Origin: an uncultured Bacteroides sp.
GTDB lineage: Bacteria > Bacteroidota > Bacteroidia > Bacteroidales > Bacteroidaceae
Length of the DNA: 64,000 nucleotides
Reading direction: 5' to 3'
NCBI GenBank assembly: GCA_949296575.1
Contig: CASFPE010000034.1
Coordinates: 116,062 to 180,061 of the forward strand
Shown here one piece after another: positions 21,501-29,453 of this stretch. The position numbers and the translations under genes were made by a program. The notes beneath the pieces were generated by a model, which did not search any database, was not told where the DNA came from, and saw only the letters and a program-made list of their open reading frames with translations. Each line of letters begins with the position of its first letter. Position 1 is the first letter of the stretch.

Positions 21501-22951
21501 AAGACCAAACATGGTACAAACTGGCACAATATGCAGCACGCTTCACCATGATGGTGCGCAACGTCAGCGTCACCTACCGCAACACCTACGCCATGAACAT
21601 CCCCGGATACCTCATGGAAGTGGGCGACATGCTGGGGCAGAAGAAGTACGGCGGCCTGTTCGCACCGGGATTGGATTTTGCTTTCGGCATGCAGGGCGAC
21701 GGCTATTTGGCCAAAGCCGTGCGGAACAACTGGCTGTCGAGAAGCGACTCCATCGTGGATCCTGCCACCACAAACGCCATGCAGGACTTCCAGATACGGG
21801 TAACGTTAGAGCCTTTCCGCGACTTCAAGATAGACCTGAACGCCAACCGCACCGTAAACGACTCGCGGAGCATCCAATACATGTTCTCCGGCATGCCGGA
21901 AACACGGAGCGGCAACTTCAACATGACCGTAATCACCCTCGGCAACGCCTTCACGAAAAGCAAGGCGGGGAACGGCTACCGCTCAAAGACCTTCGACAAG
22001 TTCCTCCGCAACCTCGACGTGTTCCAAAGGCGGGCGGAAGCGCAATATGCCAATGCATATTACCCCGGAACGCAGAACAAGTTCAATCCGGAAAACGGGA
22101 CCATCAACAAATACTCGGCAGACGTGATGGTGCCGGCCTTCTTGGCTACCTACACCGGACGCGACCCGGAAAAAGCCTCCTTGGACTTCTTCCCGAAACT
22201 GCTGTCGATATTGCCGAACTGGAAAATCACATACAGCGGGCTGAGCAAGCTGGAGTTCTTCCAACGCTACTTCAAGAGCTTCAACATCAACCATGCCTAC
22301 CGCAGCACGTACTCCATCGGGTCGTACAGCACGTTCCAGAACTTCTGGCAGTACAGCGGCGACTTGGGCTTCGTGCAAGACATCACCAACGAGGACAATT
22401 ACGTCCCCTCCAGCATGTACGACATCGGAACAGTGTCCATCAACGAGCAATTCTCGCCCCTCATCGGCGTGGACATGACGTTCAAGAACAACCTGACGGC
22501 AAAGGTGGAATACAAGAAAACCCGCGCCATGACGCTGAGCATGGCCGCCGTGCAGATGGTGGAATCGTCGTCGAACGACTTGGTAATCGGCATGGGCTAC
22601 AAGATTGCCGACCTGAAACTGTTCGGTGGCGGCGGAGGCAGCAGCAAGAGCAAAGACAGCAAGGGCAGCAAAGGCAGGAACCCGGTGAGCAATGATTTGA
22701 ACCTGCGCGCCGACTTCACGCTGCGGAACCAATCCGCACTTGCCCGCGACATCCAGGCAGAGACCACGCAGGCCACCAGCGGCAACCGCTCGCTAAAAAT
22801 CTCTTGCTCGGCAGACTACACCCTGTCGCGCCTGCTCACCATCCGGCTGTATTTCGACCGCGAAAAGACCATGCCGCTCGTGTCGTCCACGTCGTACCCC
22901 GTGACGAACACCGACTTCGGCGTTGCTCTAAGATTCTCATTAACCCGATAA
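15590..22951 (+). CDS. sprA: T9SS translocon / gliding motility protein SprA (Sov)
   Basis: 2453-aa ORF with a signal peptide. Size, composition and the conserved ruvA-sprA adjacency are typical of Bacteroidota SprA. Confidence 0.85.
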   Translation: MKHPFRHIACAFLAAACLCTAGSLPSHAGVPAEYATGNASLAGEDSIPPRYSVRKTAPEVLDDLEQPPADLRDPENIKTEVEYNEESNLYIIGTKAGENYIDVPLYLTPEEYAEWSMKKSLQDFYRAKTAELFATEGKEKFNFADMKFDIGPAEKIFGPGGVQIKTQGSAELSIGGNMQNLQNPSLPARSRKTFSFDFDEKININVNGKVGDKVDMNLNYNTDATFDFDTQKIKLKYEGKEDEIIQLLEAGNVSMPTNSSLIRGATSLFGIRADLQFGKLKLQTVVSQQESESKTVTSKGGAQTTEYELTVDDYDENRHFFLAHYFRNTYDNNMSQLPNVMSGITIGRIEVWITNKRGNYDNPRNIVAFTDLGEHDVIGNSQWHPGNETLPCNAANDLYTTLNSTYPGIRNVESVTPTLDGVLEAGMDYEKIESARLLTSSEYTLNEKLGYISLKQTLQPDEVLAVAFEYTKGGRSYQVGEFATDITDTKSCLVVKLLKNTSNSPSSASWDLMMKNVYSLNAYQIQKEDFRMDILYQSDTTGVYINYIPEGKIAKQPLIRVMNLDRLDNNNQKQPNGFFDFVEGYTVTAQNGRIYFPVVEPFGSHLRKMIGDDAIADKYVYQELYDSTKTVAQQIAEKNKFKLKGEYKASSGAEIQLGAMNIPVGSVHVTAGGQTLTENVDYSVDYTMGVVTILNQSIIDAGTSISVNLESNTNYSMQRKTMVGMNFTYDFTKNFQIGGTIMHLSEKPLTSKVSMGDEPIANTLWGLNTSWKTESQWLTNMLDKLPLINATQPSNISFTAEFAQLIPGHAKGIQDNASYIDDFESTKNGIDIHQPSYWMLASTPSEFEESKLSNDLRYGMNRALLSWYNIDPLFTRRNSNLTPSHIKNDLDQLSNHYVREVYERELYPNKDISSSMMGSSTLTVLNLAYYPDERGPYNLDTDLTSDGKLNNPEKRWGGIMRKLDTSDFETANIEYIEFWMLDPFIYESTSGKRRGGSFVINLGEVSEDVLKDGKKFYENGIPVDGDMSKVDSTVWGRTPKERSIVYAFDNQNRTIQDVGLDGLSSADEQTFSSYQNYLNSIQAVVSAETFQQFQKDPAADDFHHYRGSDLDAREASILERYKYYTGTEGNSLASSELAAKTTPDIEDINQDNTMNETEKYYEYVIDLDPAKMQVGSNYISNVREASVKLRNGSTETVKWYQFKVPIKSGRSVNGISDTKSIRFMRMYLTNFEEPTVLRFATMELVRGEWRTYEQPLSETAASGATLDVAAVNLEENGDKEPVNYVIPPGISRVLDPSQPQLVQENEQSMSLKVMNLGSGDARAVYKNTAMDMRQYRRLKMFVHAERLVGDMALEDDYISVFVRLGSDYKNNYYEYEIPLKLTPEGQYSDATGREAVWPEENMLDLPFTVLTDLKKERNTAKNRGEAGVSYAAVYSSYDPDKPSNKVSIIGNPSLAEVKTIMIGIRNNSRATQSAEIWVNELRLTDFNEDGGWAAQSNLNVQLSDLGTINVGGHVETAGFGGLEQSVSERRLDNFYQYNITTSFELGKLFPAKAKISAPIYYSFSKEITSPLYNPLDQDILLDDALATFTTKHQKDSLKSIAQEVSTYKNFSLSNVRIDITSKTPMPYDPSNFTFGYSFTKLHNQGNTTAWEIDNNWNANFGYAYAPALPAWEPFKKIKGKSKWLKMFKEFGINYLPQSISFNTDMTRHYYEYQMRNLENTYGADMEIPLSTSKDFLWNRDFSIRWDIVKALKLNFSSATQAEIEEPYGAVNKNMYPDEYTAWKDSVKRSLLSFGRPLEYQQSFSANLQLPLNKLPLLDWVTADAQFSSSYNWDRGVELDDGSAMNTITNQRSFDVNGRFNLELLYNKVPFLKDTNKKFASNRRSTVNSRGRTTTAKKKTVKKFEKEIQLYPDTTLAIPHKLGSKKVKVSALTQEGKRYPVKYKVKDANQILLTSNDSIKIKLTVLPGPKPEDQTWYKLAQYAARFTMMVRNVSVTYRNTYAMNIPGYLMEVGDMLGQKKYGGLFAPGLDFAFGMQGDGYLAKAVRNNWLSRSDSIVDPATTNAMQDFQIRVTLEPFRDFKIDLNANRTVNDSRSIQYMFSGMPETRSGNFNMTVITLGNAFTKSKAGNGYRSKTFDKFLRNLDVFQRRAEAQYANAYYPGTQNKFNPENGTINKYSADVMVPAFLATYTGRDPEKASLDFFPKLLSILPNWKITYSGLSKLEFFQRYFKSFNINHAYRSTYSIGSYSTFQNFWQYSGDLGFVQDITNEDNYVPSSMYDIGTVSINEQFSPLIGVDMTFKNNLTAKVEYKKTRAMTLSMAAVQMVESSSNDLVIGMGYKIADLKLFGGGGGSSKSKDSKGSKGRNPVSNDLNLRADFTLRNQSALARDIQAETTQATSGNRSLKISCSADYTLSRLLTIRLYFDREKTMPLVSSTSYPVTNTDFGVALRFSLTR

Positions 22952-22957
22952 TATGCA

Positions 22958-24088
22958 ATGATGATGAAAAAACTGTTATTACTGCTGTTCCTCCTGCCGG
23001 CATGCGCAGCCCTGCCCGCACAGGAAGATTCCACCTATCTGGCAGGCGCAGTGCCTGAAACGGAGGGAAAGATAAAGTTCGCATACTCCTTCGACTGCAC
23101 GGGCATCCCGCAGGAAAGGCTGTTCCGCCGCTTGGAGGAATGGTCGGAGAAACGCTTCCGCACTGAAGAAGACAATCAAGGGCGGGTGCTGTACACCAAC
23201 ATGGAGAAAGGGCAGATCGTGAGCCAAGGCTCGGAATACTTGGTGTTCCTGAAGCATGCCTTGGCACTGGACCGCGCACTGTTCAACTACCGCGTCACCT
23301 TCCTGCTCTCGCCGGGGCGGTGCGACATGGAGGTGAGCCACCTCAACTATGTCTATGAAGACCCCACGAAGAAGATTCCCGCCGAGGACATCATCAGCGA
23401 CGAGAACGCGCTCTACCGCAACGGCACGAAACTGATACCCGGCACGAAGAAGTTCCGCATCCGCACCGTGGACCTCGTCCGCAGCCTCCGGCAGGATGTG
23501 GAACAGGCCATTGCCGCCATGCGCCCCGCGAAAGCCGGGCCGCAACCGGCACCGGCAACGCCCGCTCCCGCCGCCGGCATGGAAGGCTTCATCCGCATCG
23601 AGCCTACGGCCATCCCGGGCAACATCATCCGAATGCTCGCCCAAGACTGGATGCTCATCACCGCTTCCCACGAGGGCGGCACGAACATGATGACCGCTTC
23701 GTGGGGAGGATTGGGCCATTTGTACAACCGCCCCGTGGCCTTCTGCTTCATCAACCCCGCCCGCCACACCTACCGCCTCATGGAGAAGGCCGATGCCTAC
23801 ACCCTCACGTTCTACGCGGAGGACTTCCGCGAGGCGCTCCGCTACTGCGGGACGCACTCGGGACGGGACGGCGACAAGATGCAGGCCACAGGGCTGACGC
23901 CCGTAGCCACCCCGTCGGGCGCACCCGCCTTCAAGGAAGCGCGGCTCGTCATCGAATGCCGGAAGATGCTCGCGCAGTCGCTTTCGCCCGACGCCCTCCA
24001 CGATGAAGGGCTGCAAACGGAATGGAGCGGGAAAGCCATGCACAAGATGTACATCGGCGAAATCACCGGCGTTTGGATAAAGCCGTGA
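22958..24088 (+). CDS. secreted fusion protein: DUF4468-like N-domain + flavin reductase-like C-domain
   Basis: Signal peptide MMMKKLLLLLFLLPACAALPAQ. The N-domain has YLAGAVPETEGKIKF as in DUF4468. A Pro/Ala linker (PAKAGPQPAPATPAPAAG) precedes an FMN-binding split-barrel-like region (MLITASHEGGTNMMTASWGG). Confidence 0.6.
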   Translation: MMMKKLLLLLFLLPACAALPAQEDSTYLAGAVPETEGKIKFAYSFDCTGIPQERLFRRLEEWSEKRFRTEEDNQGRVLYTNMEKGQIVSQGSEYLVFLKHALALDRALFNYRVTFLLSPGRCDMEVSHLNYVYEDPTKKIPAEDIISDENALYRNGTKLIPGTKKFRIRTVDLVRSLRQDVEQAIAAMRPAKAGPQPAPATPAPAAGMEGFIRIEPTAIPGNIIRMLAQDWMLITASHEGGTNMMTASWGGLGHLYNRPVAFCFINPARHTYRLMEKADAYTLTFYAEDFREALRYCGTHSGRDGDKMQATGLTPVATPSGAPAFKEARLVIECRKMLAQSLSPDALHDEGLQTEWSGKAMHKMYIGEITGVWIKP

Positions 24089-24179
24089 CCCGCAAAGCAG
24101 GAAGATGCTGCATTGGCTGCCGCTTGGAGCAGCGGCTGCCAATCTCCGGGAACAGGGCGCGGCAACGGGATATTTTCCT

Positions 24180-24187
24180 TACCTTTG
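24180..24187 (+). promoter_or_regulatory. Bacteroidetes-type -7 box (TACCTTTG)
   Basis: TAnnTTTG match 43 nt upstream of the ATG at 24230. Confidence 0.45.
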
Positions 24188-24229
24188 CCGCCTGAAACGG
24201 TTTTTCCACCTCAAAAGCAATAAGGCATC

Positions 24230-24508
24230 ATGTTTGAAGTCATCGGGTTCATGTTCATCGGGACAGGGCTGGGCTGGTTGCTCCGCCGCTTCCCCATCTT
24301 GCAGCAAACGGGGAAATGCATCTCTGCCACCATCTGGCTGATGCTGTTCTTCTTGGGCGCGTCCATCGGCTCCGTGCCGGGCATCCTCCAAAGCATCGGG
24401 CGGTTAGGCGGGCAGGCCGCCTTGCTGGCACTGGCCGGCACGGCGGGCAGCGTCCTTGCCGCTTCGGCCATTTACCGCGCCTTCCGCCGAAAAGAGCCCA
24501 AACCATGA
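24230..24508 (+). CDS. LysO-family (DUF340) membrane protein, small subunit
   Basis: 92-aa hydrophobic ORF. Its stop overlaps the next ATG (ATGA at 24505). This two-gene LysO/DUF340 layout is recalled from Bacteroidetes. Confidence 0.6.
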   Translation: MFEVIGFMFIGTGLGWLLRRFPILQQTGKCISATIWLMLFFLGASIGSVPGILQSIGRLGGQAALLALAGTAGSVLAASAIYRAFRRKEPKP

Positions 24509-25137
24509 AAGGCAGCCTCATCGCCCTTGCCGCTTTCATCGGCGGATGCGCTGCCGGGTGGGCATTCCCCGGGCTAATCCCGGCGCACAGCCTTTCCAAC
24601 ATCCTGCTGCATGCCCTGATGCTGCAAGTGGGCATCAGCATCGGATGCAACGGCAATTTGCGGCAACTCATCGCCCAACTGCATCCCCGCAGCTTCCTGC
24701 TGCCGTTGGGGACGATTGCGGGGACGCTGCTGTTCTCGGCCTTGGCAAGCTTCCTGCTGAGCCAATGGGACGTGGCTGAATGCATGGCCGTGGGGAGCGG
24801 GTTGGGCTATTATTCGCTGTCGTCCATCCTCATCACGCAACTCAAAACGCCCTCCATCGGGTGGCAGCTTGCCGCCGAATTGGGAACGGTTGCCTTGCTG
24901 GCCAACATCTTCCGGGAAATGTTCGTGCTGCTGGGAAGCCCCTTCCTCCGAAAGTGCTTCGGGCCGCTGGCGCCCGTCTCGGCGGCGGGCGCCACCTCTG
25001 CGGATGTCGCCCTGCCTGCCATCGTGGCATGCTCCGGGCGCGGCATGGTGCCGGTGGCCATCCTGCACGGCATCTTGGCGGACTTGTCCGTGCCGTTCTT
25101 CGTGCCGTTCTTCGTGCCGTTCTTCTGCAGCTTGTGA
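24505..25137 (+). CDS. lysine exporter LysO-family (DUF340) membrane protein
   Basis: ORF trimmed to MKGSLIALAAF. It is a polytopic membrane protein translationally coupled to the upstream small subunit. Confidence 0.6.
   Translation: MKGSLIALAAFIGGCAAGWAFPGLIPAHSLSNILLHALMLQVGISIGCNGNLRQLIAQLHPRSFLLPLGTIAGTLLFSALASFLLSQWDVAECMAVGSGLGYYSLSSILITQLKTPSIGWQLAAELGTVALLANIFREMFVLLGSPFLRKCFGPLAPVSAAGATSADVALPAIVACSGRGMVPVAILHGILADLSVPFFVPFFVPFFCSL
25090..25125 (+). repeat. perfect 3 x 12-nt in-frame tandem repeat (VPFF x3)
   Basis: GTGCCGTTCTTC is repeated three times at the 3' end of the LysO-family gene. Confidence 0.9.
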
Positions 25138-25361
25138 AGGAGCGCGCCCCGCCGCAGATTCCATGATTGCGCGCTAAAGGTGCGCCACGCGGAAGGATGC
25201 TGCTTCCGCGCGGGCGGAATAAACGTTCTTTGTGCTTTATTCACCTTCCCTTGCCGGCGTGCGTACGGAAACTTGCCTGCATGCGCATGGAAACTTGCCT
25301 CCGCCCGCATGCATTTTTCGGACGGCGACGCTGTTTGTACGGACAGCGACGCTGTTTCCAC

Positions 25362-25399
25362 AAACAACGACGCTGTTTGTACAAACAGCGTCGTTGTTT
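25362..25399. repeat. perfect 38-bp palindrome within a nested repeat element
   Basis: AAACAACGACGCTGTTTGT|ACAAACAGCGTCGTTGTTT is self-complementary. Two more direct copies of GCGACGCTGTTT lie at 25325 and 25346. Confidence 0.9.
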
Positions 25400-25496
25400 T
25401 GAACCTCCTCCCTTGTCCGCACAAGAATCCCCCCGCATGCCGCCAAGTTTCCGCCCCGGCGGAAGAAAGAACGCCCCGGCGCGGAAGGCGCAAAAC

Positions 25497-25530
25497 AAGG
25501 GCGGGCAAGCCCGATGGCCTGCCCGCCCTT
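25497..25530 (-). terminator. hairpin terminator candidate for the minus-strand redox operon
   Basis: 11-bp stem AAGGGCGGGCA / TGCCCGCCCTT, 21 nt beyond the stop at 25551. On the minus strand it is followed by GTTTTG. Confidence 0.5.
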
Positions 25531-25550
25531 GCCCCCCAGGGGGCCTTTCC

Positions 25551-26066
25551 CTACTTGCGGATGACGTGCTTGACGAGCAAGTAGCCGCCGACGACTTGCA
25601 GCAGCATGCCCGGGATGCCGACGCGGAAGTCCTGGAACGCCGCATGCAGGCTGCCCGTCCATGCCCATTCGAAGCACGACCCTGCCAGCTGGTAGAACAG
25701 GACCACGGCCAGCAGGAGCCGCAGCGACACCGAGCGGAAACGCCCGGCCGCCCATCCTGCCGCCGCCGCCAGCAGCACGGACTTCACCAGGATGGCGGGC
25801 AGCACGGCAGGCGCAGGCATGCCGAAAAGCCACGAATTGAGCAAGGGCGACGCGACCGCCGCCAGCAATCCCACTTTCCAGCCATACTTGTACGCGCCGA
25901 CCAGCGTGAAGAAATAAATCGGCAGCCACGTGGCCCCGCCCTGCGGCGCCAAATGGAACAACTGGGGCAAGGCAATGTTGCCCGCAACGAACAGCAACGC
26001 GGCAAGGTACGTCCTGGCGCTGCCAAACGGCAATGAATAAAGCCGCACACTACTACTTTCCATCAT
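25551..26066 (-). CDS. polytopic membrane protein, ECF-transporter S-component-like
   Basis: 171-aa ORF with ~5 hydrophobic helices. Overlaps the upstream gene by 14 nt. The family assignment is tentative. Confidence 0.45.
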   Translation of the reverse strand: MMESSSVRLYSLPFGSARTYLAALLFVAGNIALPQLFHLAPQGGATWLPIYFFTLVGAYKYGWKVGLLAAVASPLLNSWLFGMPAPAVLPAILVKSVLLAAAAGWAAGRFRSVSLRLLLAVVLFYQLAGSCFEWAWTGSLHAAFQDFRVGIPGMLLQVVGGYLLVKHVIRK

Positions 26067-26520
26067 CTTCTTTCTCCTGTTTTTTAGTTAATATTGTTTC
26101 TTTCCGGTTCACAAACCCGTCTATTGTCTCATATATCTCGTCCAAAGACTCCTTCGCGCAGCACAGCGTCTCCAGCGGGCACCAGCCGGACTGGTCGCGG
26201 TTCATGACGTAAGGCACCAAGCAGCCGCAAGACGCCTCCACGCCCGCCCGTTCAAGCAAGTCCCGCGCCGGCCGGCTCATCACGCCGGCATGCAGCCGCC
26301 TCACCCCGCCCAAAGCCATCAAGGCGGCAGCGGCCTTGCCCACCACCTTGTCGGCCACCAAAGCCCCCCGCAGGAAAGCAGGCTCCTCGCGCAGCAGGCG
26401 GTACAAGTCGGCCACCCCCCGCTGGGTGAACGTCCGCACCACCCCCCTGTTGGCTATCACGCAGGAATAATTCCCCTCGCGCAGCAAACCCGTCAAACGC
26501 TCCATCTGCCCCATCCTCAC
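26053..26520 (-). CDS. DUF1893 (TM1506-like) domain protein
   Basis: 155-aa ORF. The pattern ...ADKVVGKAAA...CGCLVPYVMNRDQSGWCPLE resembles the DUF1893 family as I recall it. Confidence 0.5.
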   Translation of the reverse strand: MRMGQMERLTGLLREGNYSCVIANRGVVRTFTQRGVADLYRLLREEPAFLRGALVADKVVGKAAAALMALGGVRRLHAGVMSRPARDLLERAGVEASCGCLVPYVMNRDQSGWCPLETLCCAKESLDEIYETIDGFVNRKETILTKKQEKEDDGK

Positions 26521-27920
26521 AAAGCCTCCCGCCTCAAGCGTTCCACATACGCGTCGATGCGGCGCAACTCCCCGGGAATGTCAATCAGCTGCGGGCAATG
26601 CGGGTTGCACTGGCCGCACCCGATGCAGTGGCTCGCCTGCCGCAGCTTGGGCACGCTGCGGCCATAGCCCACCAAGTAAGCGCGCCGCGCCTCCCGGTAG
26701 CCCTCCGACTGCGAGCTTAAAGGAATGTTCCCCTCGTTCACGCACTTGTTGTAATGCAGCAGTATCGCCGGGATGTCGATGCCATACGGGCAAGGCATGC
26801 AATACTTGCAATCGTTGCAAGGGATGGTCTTGAACTGCATCATCATCGTGGCCGCGTCCTGCAAGAAAGCAAGCTCCTCCCCCGTCAGAGGCTGCAAGGG
26901 AGAATACGTCCGCAAGTTGTCCAGCAAATGCTCCATGCGCGTCATGCCGCTCAACACCGTCAGCACCCCCGGAAACGTCCCCGCGAAGCGGAACGCCCAC
27001 GAAGCCACGCTGCGCTCCGGCTCCCGCTCCTTCAGCTTCGCCACCACATTGTCCGGCACATTGGACAAGCGTCCGCCCAGCAACGGCTCCATGATGACAG
27101 CAGGGATATGCCGCTTCTCCAACTCGCCATACAAGTACACCGCATTCGTGTTCCTCGGATTTATCTCCTTGGCATACTTCCAGTCCAAGTAATTCAACTG
27201 AATCTGCACGAAATCCCACCGGTAAACATCCTGCATGGAAAGCAGGTAATCAAACACCCGGATGTCGCCATGGTAAGAAAAGCCGAGGTTGCGGATGCGC
27301 CCAGCCTTGCGCTCCTCCAGCAGATAGTCGAGAATGCCGTTGTCGATGTAACGCGCCCGGAACTCCTGCATCGCGTCGCTGCCCATCCCCACGCCATGCA
27401 GCAACAAATAATCAATGTACTCCACTTGCAACTCCTCAAACGAACGATGGTACATCGCAAGCGAAGCCTCCCGGCTCCACGACGACGGAGCGAAGTTCGA
27501 GAGCTTCGTGGCAACAAAATACCGGTCACGAGGGTAACGGCTCAAAGCAATTCCCGTGGCCCGCTCAGAAAGCCCTTTGCAATAAGCAGGCGACGTGTCG
27601 AAATAGTTCACGCCTTGCCGGATGGCCACATCCACCAACTCATTGACCATCTCTTGGTCGATGGCGCTGCCGCCATCCGCCTCGCCATCCTCCTTGAAAG
27701 GAAGCCGCATCATCCCGAATCCCAGCAAAGAAACCTTTTCGCCTGTCTTCGGATTGGCGCGGAGCGTCATCCCGCCTGAAGGCATCTTCCCGCCATCTTG
27801 CGCGTTCCTCTCACGGCCCACGCCGTCGCATGCCGCCAAGCCTGCCGCAGCCAGCCCCGCAGCACCCGCCACCTTGAAGAAATCGCGGCGGCTCATATTG
27901 TCTTTCCCATTCATATGCAC
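26517..27920 (-). CDS. TAT-exported aldo/keto reductase with C-terminal 4Fe-4S domain
   Basis: Twin-arginine signal SRRDFFKVAGAAGLAAAGLAAC, an AKR core (GVNYFDTSPAY), and C-terminal CNDCKYCMPCP and CIGCGQCNPHCP clusters. The start may instead be the MSRRDFF ATG at 27896. Confidence 0.75.
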   Translation of the reverse strand: MHMNGKDNMSRRDFFKVAGAAGLAAAGLAACDGVGRERNAQDGGKMPSGGMTLRANPKTGEKVSLLGFGMMRLPFKEDGEADGGSAIDQEMVNELVDVAIRQGVNYFDTSPAYCKGLSERATGIALSRYPRDRYFVATKLSNFAPSSWSREASLAMYHRSFEELQVEYIDYLLLHGVGMGSDAMQEFRARYIDNGILDYLLEERKAGRIRNLGFSYHGDIRVFDYLLSMQDVYRWDFVQIQLNYLDWKYAKEINPRNTNAVYLYGELEKRHIPAVIMEPLLGGRLSNVPDNVVAKLKEREPERSVASWAFRFAGTFPGVLTVLSGMTRMEHLLDNLRTYSPLQPLTGEELAFLQDAATMMMQFKTIPCNDCKYCMPCPYGIDIPAILLHYNKCVNEGNIPLSSQSEGYREARRAYLVGYGRSVPKLRQASHCIGCGQCNPHCPQLIDIPGELRRIDAYVERLRREAL

Positions 27921-27926
27921 CTATTA

Positions 27927-29453
27927 TTATATTATACGATGAACCTCATGCCCTTCTACGTATATAGCACTGAAAGGACGTGCCGGGCACAAGTACTCGC
28001 ACGCCCCGCAACCGATGCAACGTTCTTCATTGACCACCGGAATCTTCAAAGAACGCTCATCGCCCGGCACTGAATGAACCATCAAGATAGCCCCCGTCGG
28101 GCAATGCCGCGCGCAATTCCCGCACTCCACGCCATCGGTCAGCGGGACACAATTCTCCTTCACCCACACCGCATGCCCTATCTGGATGGCAGTCTTCTCC
28201 TCTACGGTAATAGGCCGTATGGCACCCGCCGGGCATGCTTCGGAACATTTCGTGCATTCCGGCCGGCAATATCCCCGCTCGTAGGACATCTCCGGCTGCA
28301 TCAGCCTTTGCCAATCTGTGGAGGGACGCAACACTTGGTTCTCACAAACAGACACGCACAACTGGCACCCCGTGCAATGCTGGGCAAAATGGCGCGCACT
28401 AACCGCCCCCGGAGGAACGATGGACGTTGCACGTTCCGGCACTTTCTTGTCCTCGATAACAGCCAAGCCGCCATCCACCTTCTTCTCCTGCGCTTTCAAT
28501 GCGGTGCCTGCCGCCAGCAAGGCAACTAAAGAAAGAAACTTCCGGCGCGTCGGTTCCACACATCCCCCTGCTGGATGCTGCATGCCATCATGCTTTCCCT
28601 CCTTCTTCAAACGGCTTTCCCAATGAATTGCGCCATGAGTGCAAACATCGACGCAATCCATGCAGTCCACACAACGGCTATAATCGATGCGGTGGTTCTT
28701 GGAATCAATGCATGAAGCCTTGCACCGCCGTGCGCAAAGGTTGCATGAAACACACTTATCCTTATCAATAGCAAGACGGAACAATGAGTGCTTAGACAGA
28801 AAGCCCAACACCGTACCCACCGGACAAATCGCATTGCAATAGGTACGGCCATTGCGCCATGCCAACACGGCTATCGCAACCAACGTGACAACAGCAATAC
28901 CGAACACAATTCCGCTCCGCAACCACACCTCTGTCTCATAAAAAGCATAGCTCCCGGCACGTTCCGACAAATAAGCCAGCCCATTGTTTGCCCATTGGTA
29001 AACAGGCGCAAAAAGATTGGTTACAATCCGTCCATACGCACTATAAGGTTCCAACAATGCTACAAACGAACCGGCACCACCCAACATCGCCAAGACGAAC
29101 AACGCCAACACCCCGTAACGAAGCCACGACAATGCAGGAGAATAAGAATAACGGTTCTTCTTTCTACGCTTAGGCAGCCATGCAACAAAGTCCTGAAAAA
29201 TGCCCAGCGGGCAGATGACCGAACAATAAATACGCCCGAACAAAAGCGTCAGCACCAGCAAAAAGAAAACCACTCCAGCATTCAACGCCAACAAAGCTGG
29301 CAAGAACTGTATCTTAGCCATCCAGCCTAACCATGCATGAAGCGTCCCGGTAAAGTCCAAAAACAACAATGTAACCATAATGCCCACCAACACTGCAAGC
29401 ACACGCCTAACCTTACGTAACATAAAAGATTTCAATCGGTATATATTAGTCAT
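27927..29453 (-). CDS. membrane-bound polyferredoxin (NapH/MauN-like 4Fe-4S binding protein)
   Basis: N-terminal TM region with the CxxxCP motifs CSVICPLG and CNAICPVG, followed by several CxxCxxCxxxCP ferredoxin motifs. An internal RRKFLSLVALLAAGTAL segment is present. ATG chosen at 29453; a GTG at 29465 is also possible. Confidence 0.7.
   Translation of the reverse strand: MTNIYRLKSFMLRKVRRVLAVLVGIMVTLLFLDFTGTLHAWLGWMAKIQFLPALLALNAGVVFFLLVLTLLFGRIYCSVICPLGIFQDFVAWLPKRRKKNRYSYSPALSWLRYGVLALFVLAMLGGAGSFVALLEPYSAYGRIVTNLFAPVYQWANNGLAYLSERAGSYAFYETEVWLRSGIVFGIAVVTLVAIAVLAWRNGRTYCNAICPVGTVLGFLSKHSLFRLAIDKDKCVSCNLCARRCKASCIDSKNHRIDYSRCVDCMDCVDVCTHGAIHWESRLKKEGKHDGMQHPAGGCVEPTRRKFLSLVALLAAGTALKAQEKKVDGGLAVIEDKKVPERATSIVPPGAVSARHFAQHCTGCQLCVSVCENQVLRPSTDWQRLMQPEMSYERGYCRPECTKCSEACPAGAIRPITVEEKTAIQIGHAVWVKENCVPLTDGVECGNCARHCPTGAILMVHSVPGDERSLKIPVVNEERCIGCGACEYLCPARPFSAIYVEGHEVHRII

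Noticed and set aside
22979-24142. 387-aa minus-strand ORF antisense to the DUF4468/flavin reductase gene
   Set aside because: It is an Arg/Gly/Ala-rich shadow ORF. The plus-strand frame has a signal peptide and recognisable domains.
25167-26036. 289-aa plus-strand ORF, with several overlapping ORFs at 24255..25929
   Set aside because: The translations are extremely Arg/Pro/Gly-rich. They overlap the palindromic intergenic element and the antisense of a convincing membrane-protein frame, so they are a GC-bias artefact.
26754-27779. 341-aa plus-strand ORF antisense to the aldo/keto reductase
   Set aside because: It is a His/Arg/Leu-rich shadow frame. The minus-strand frame carries the TAT signal, AKR motifs and Fe-S motifs.
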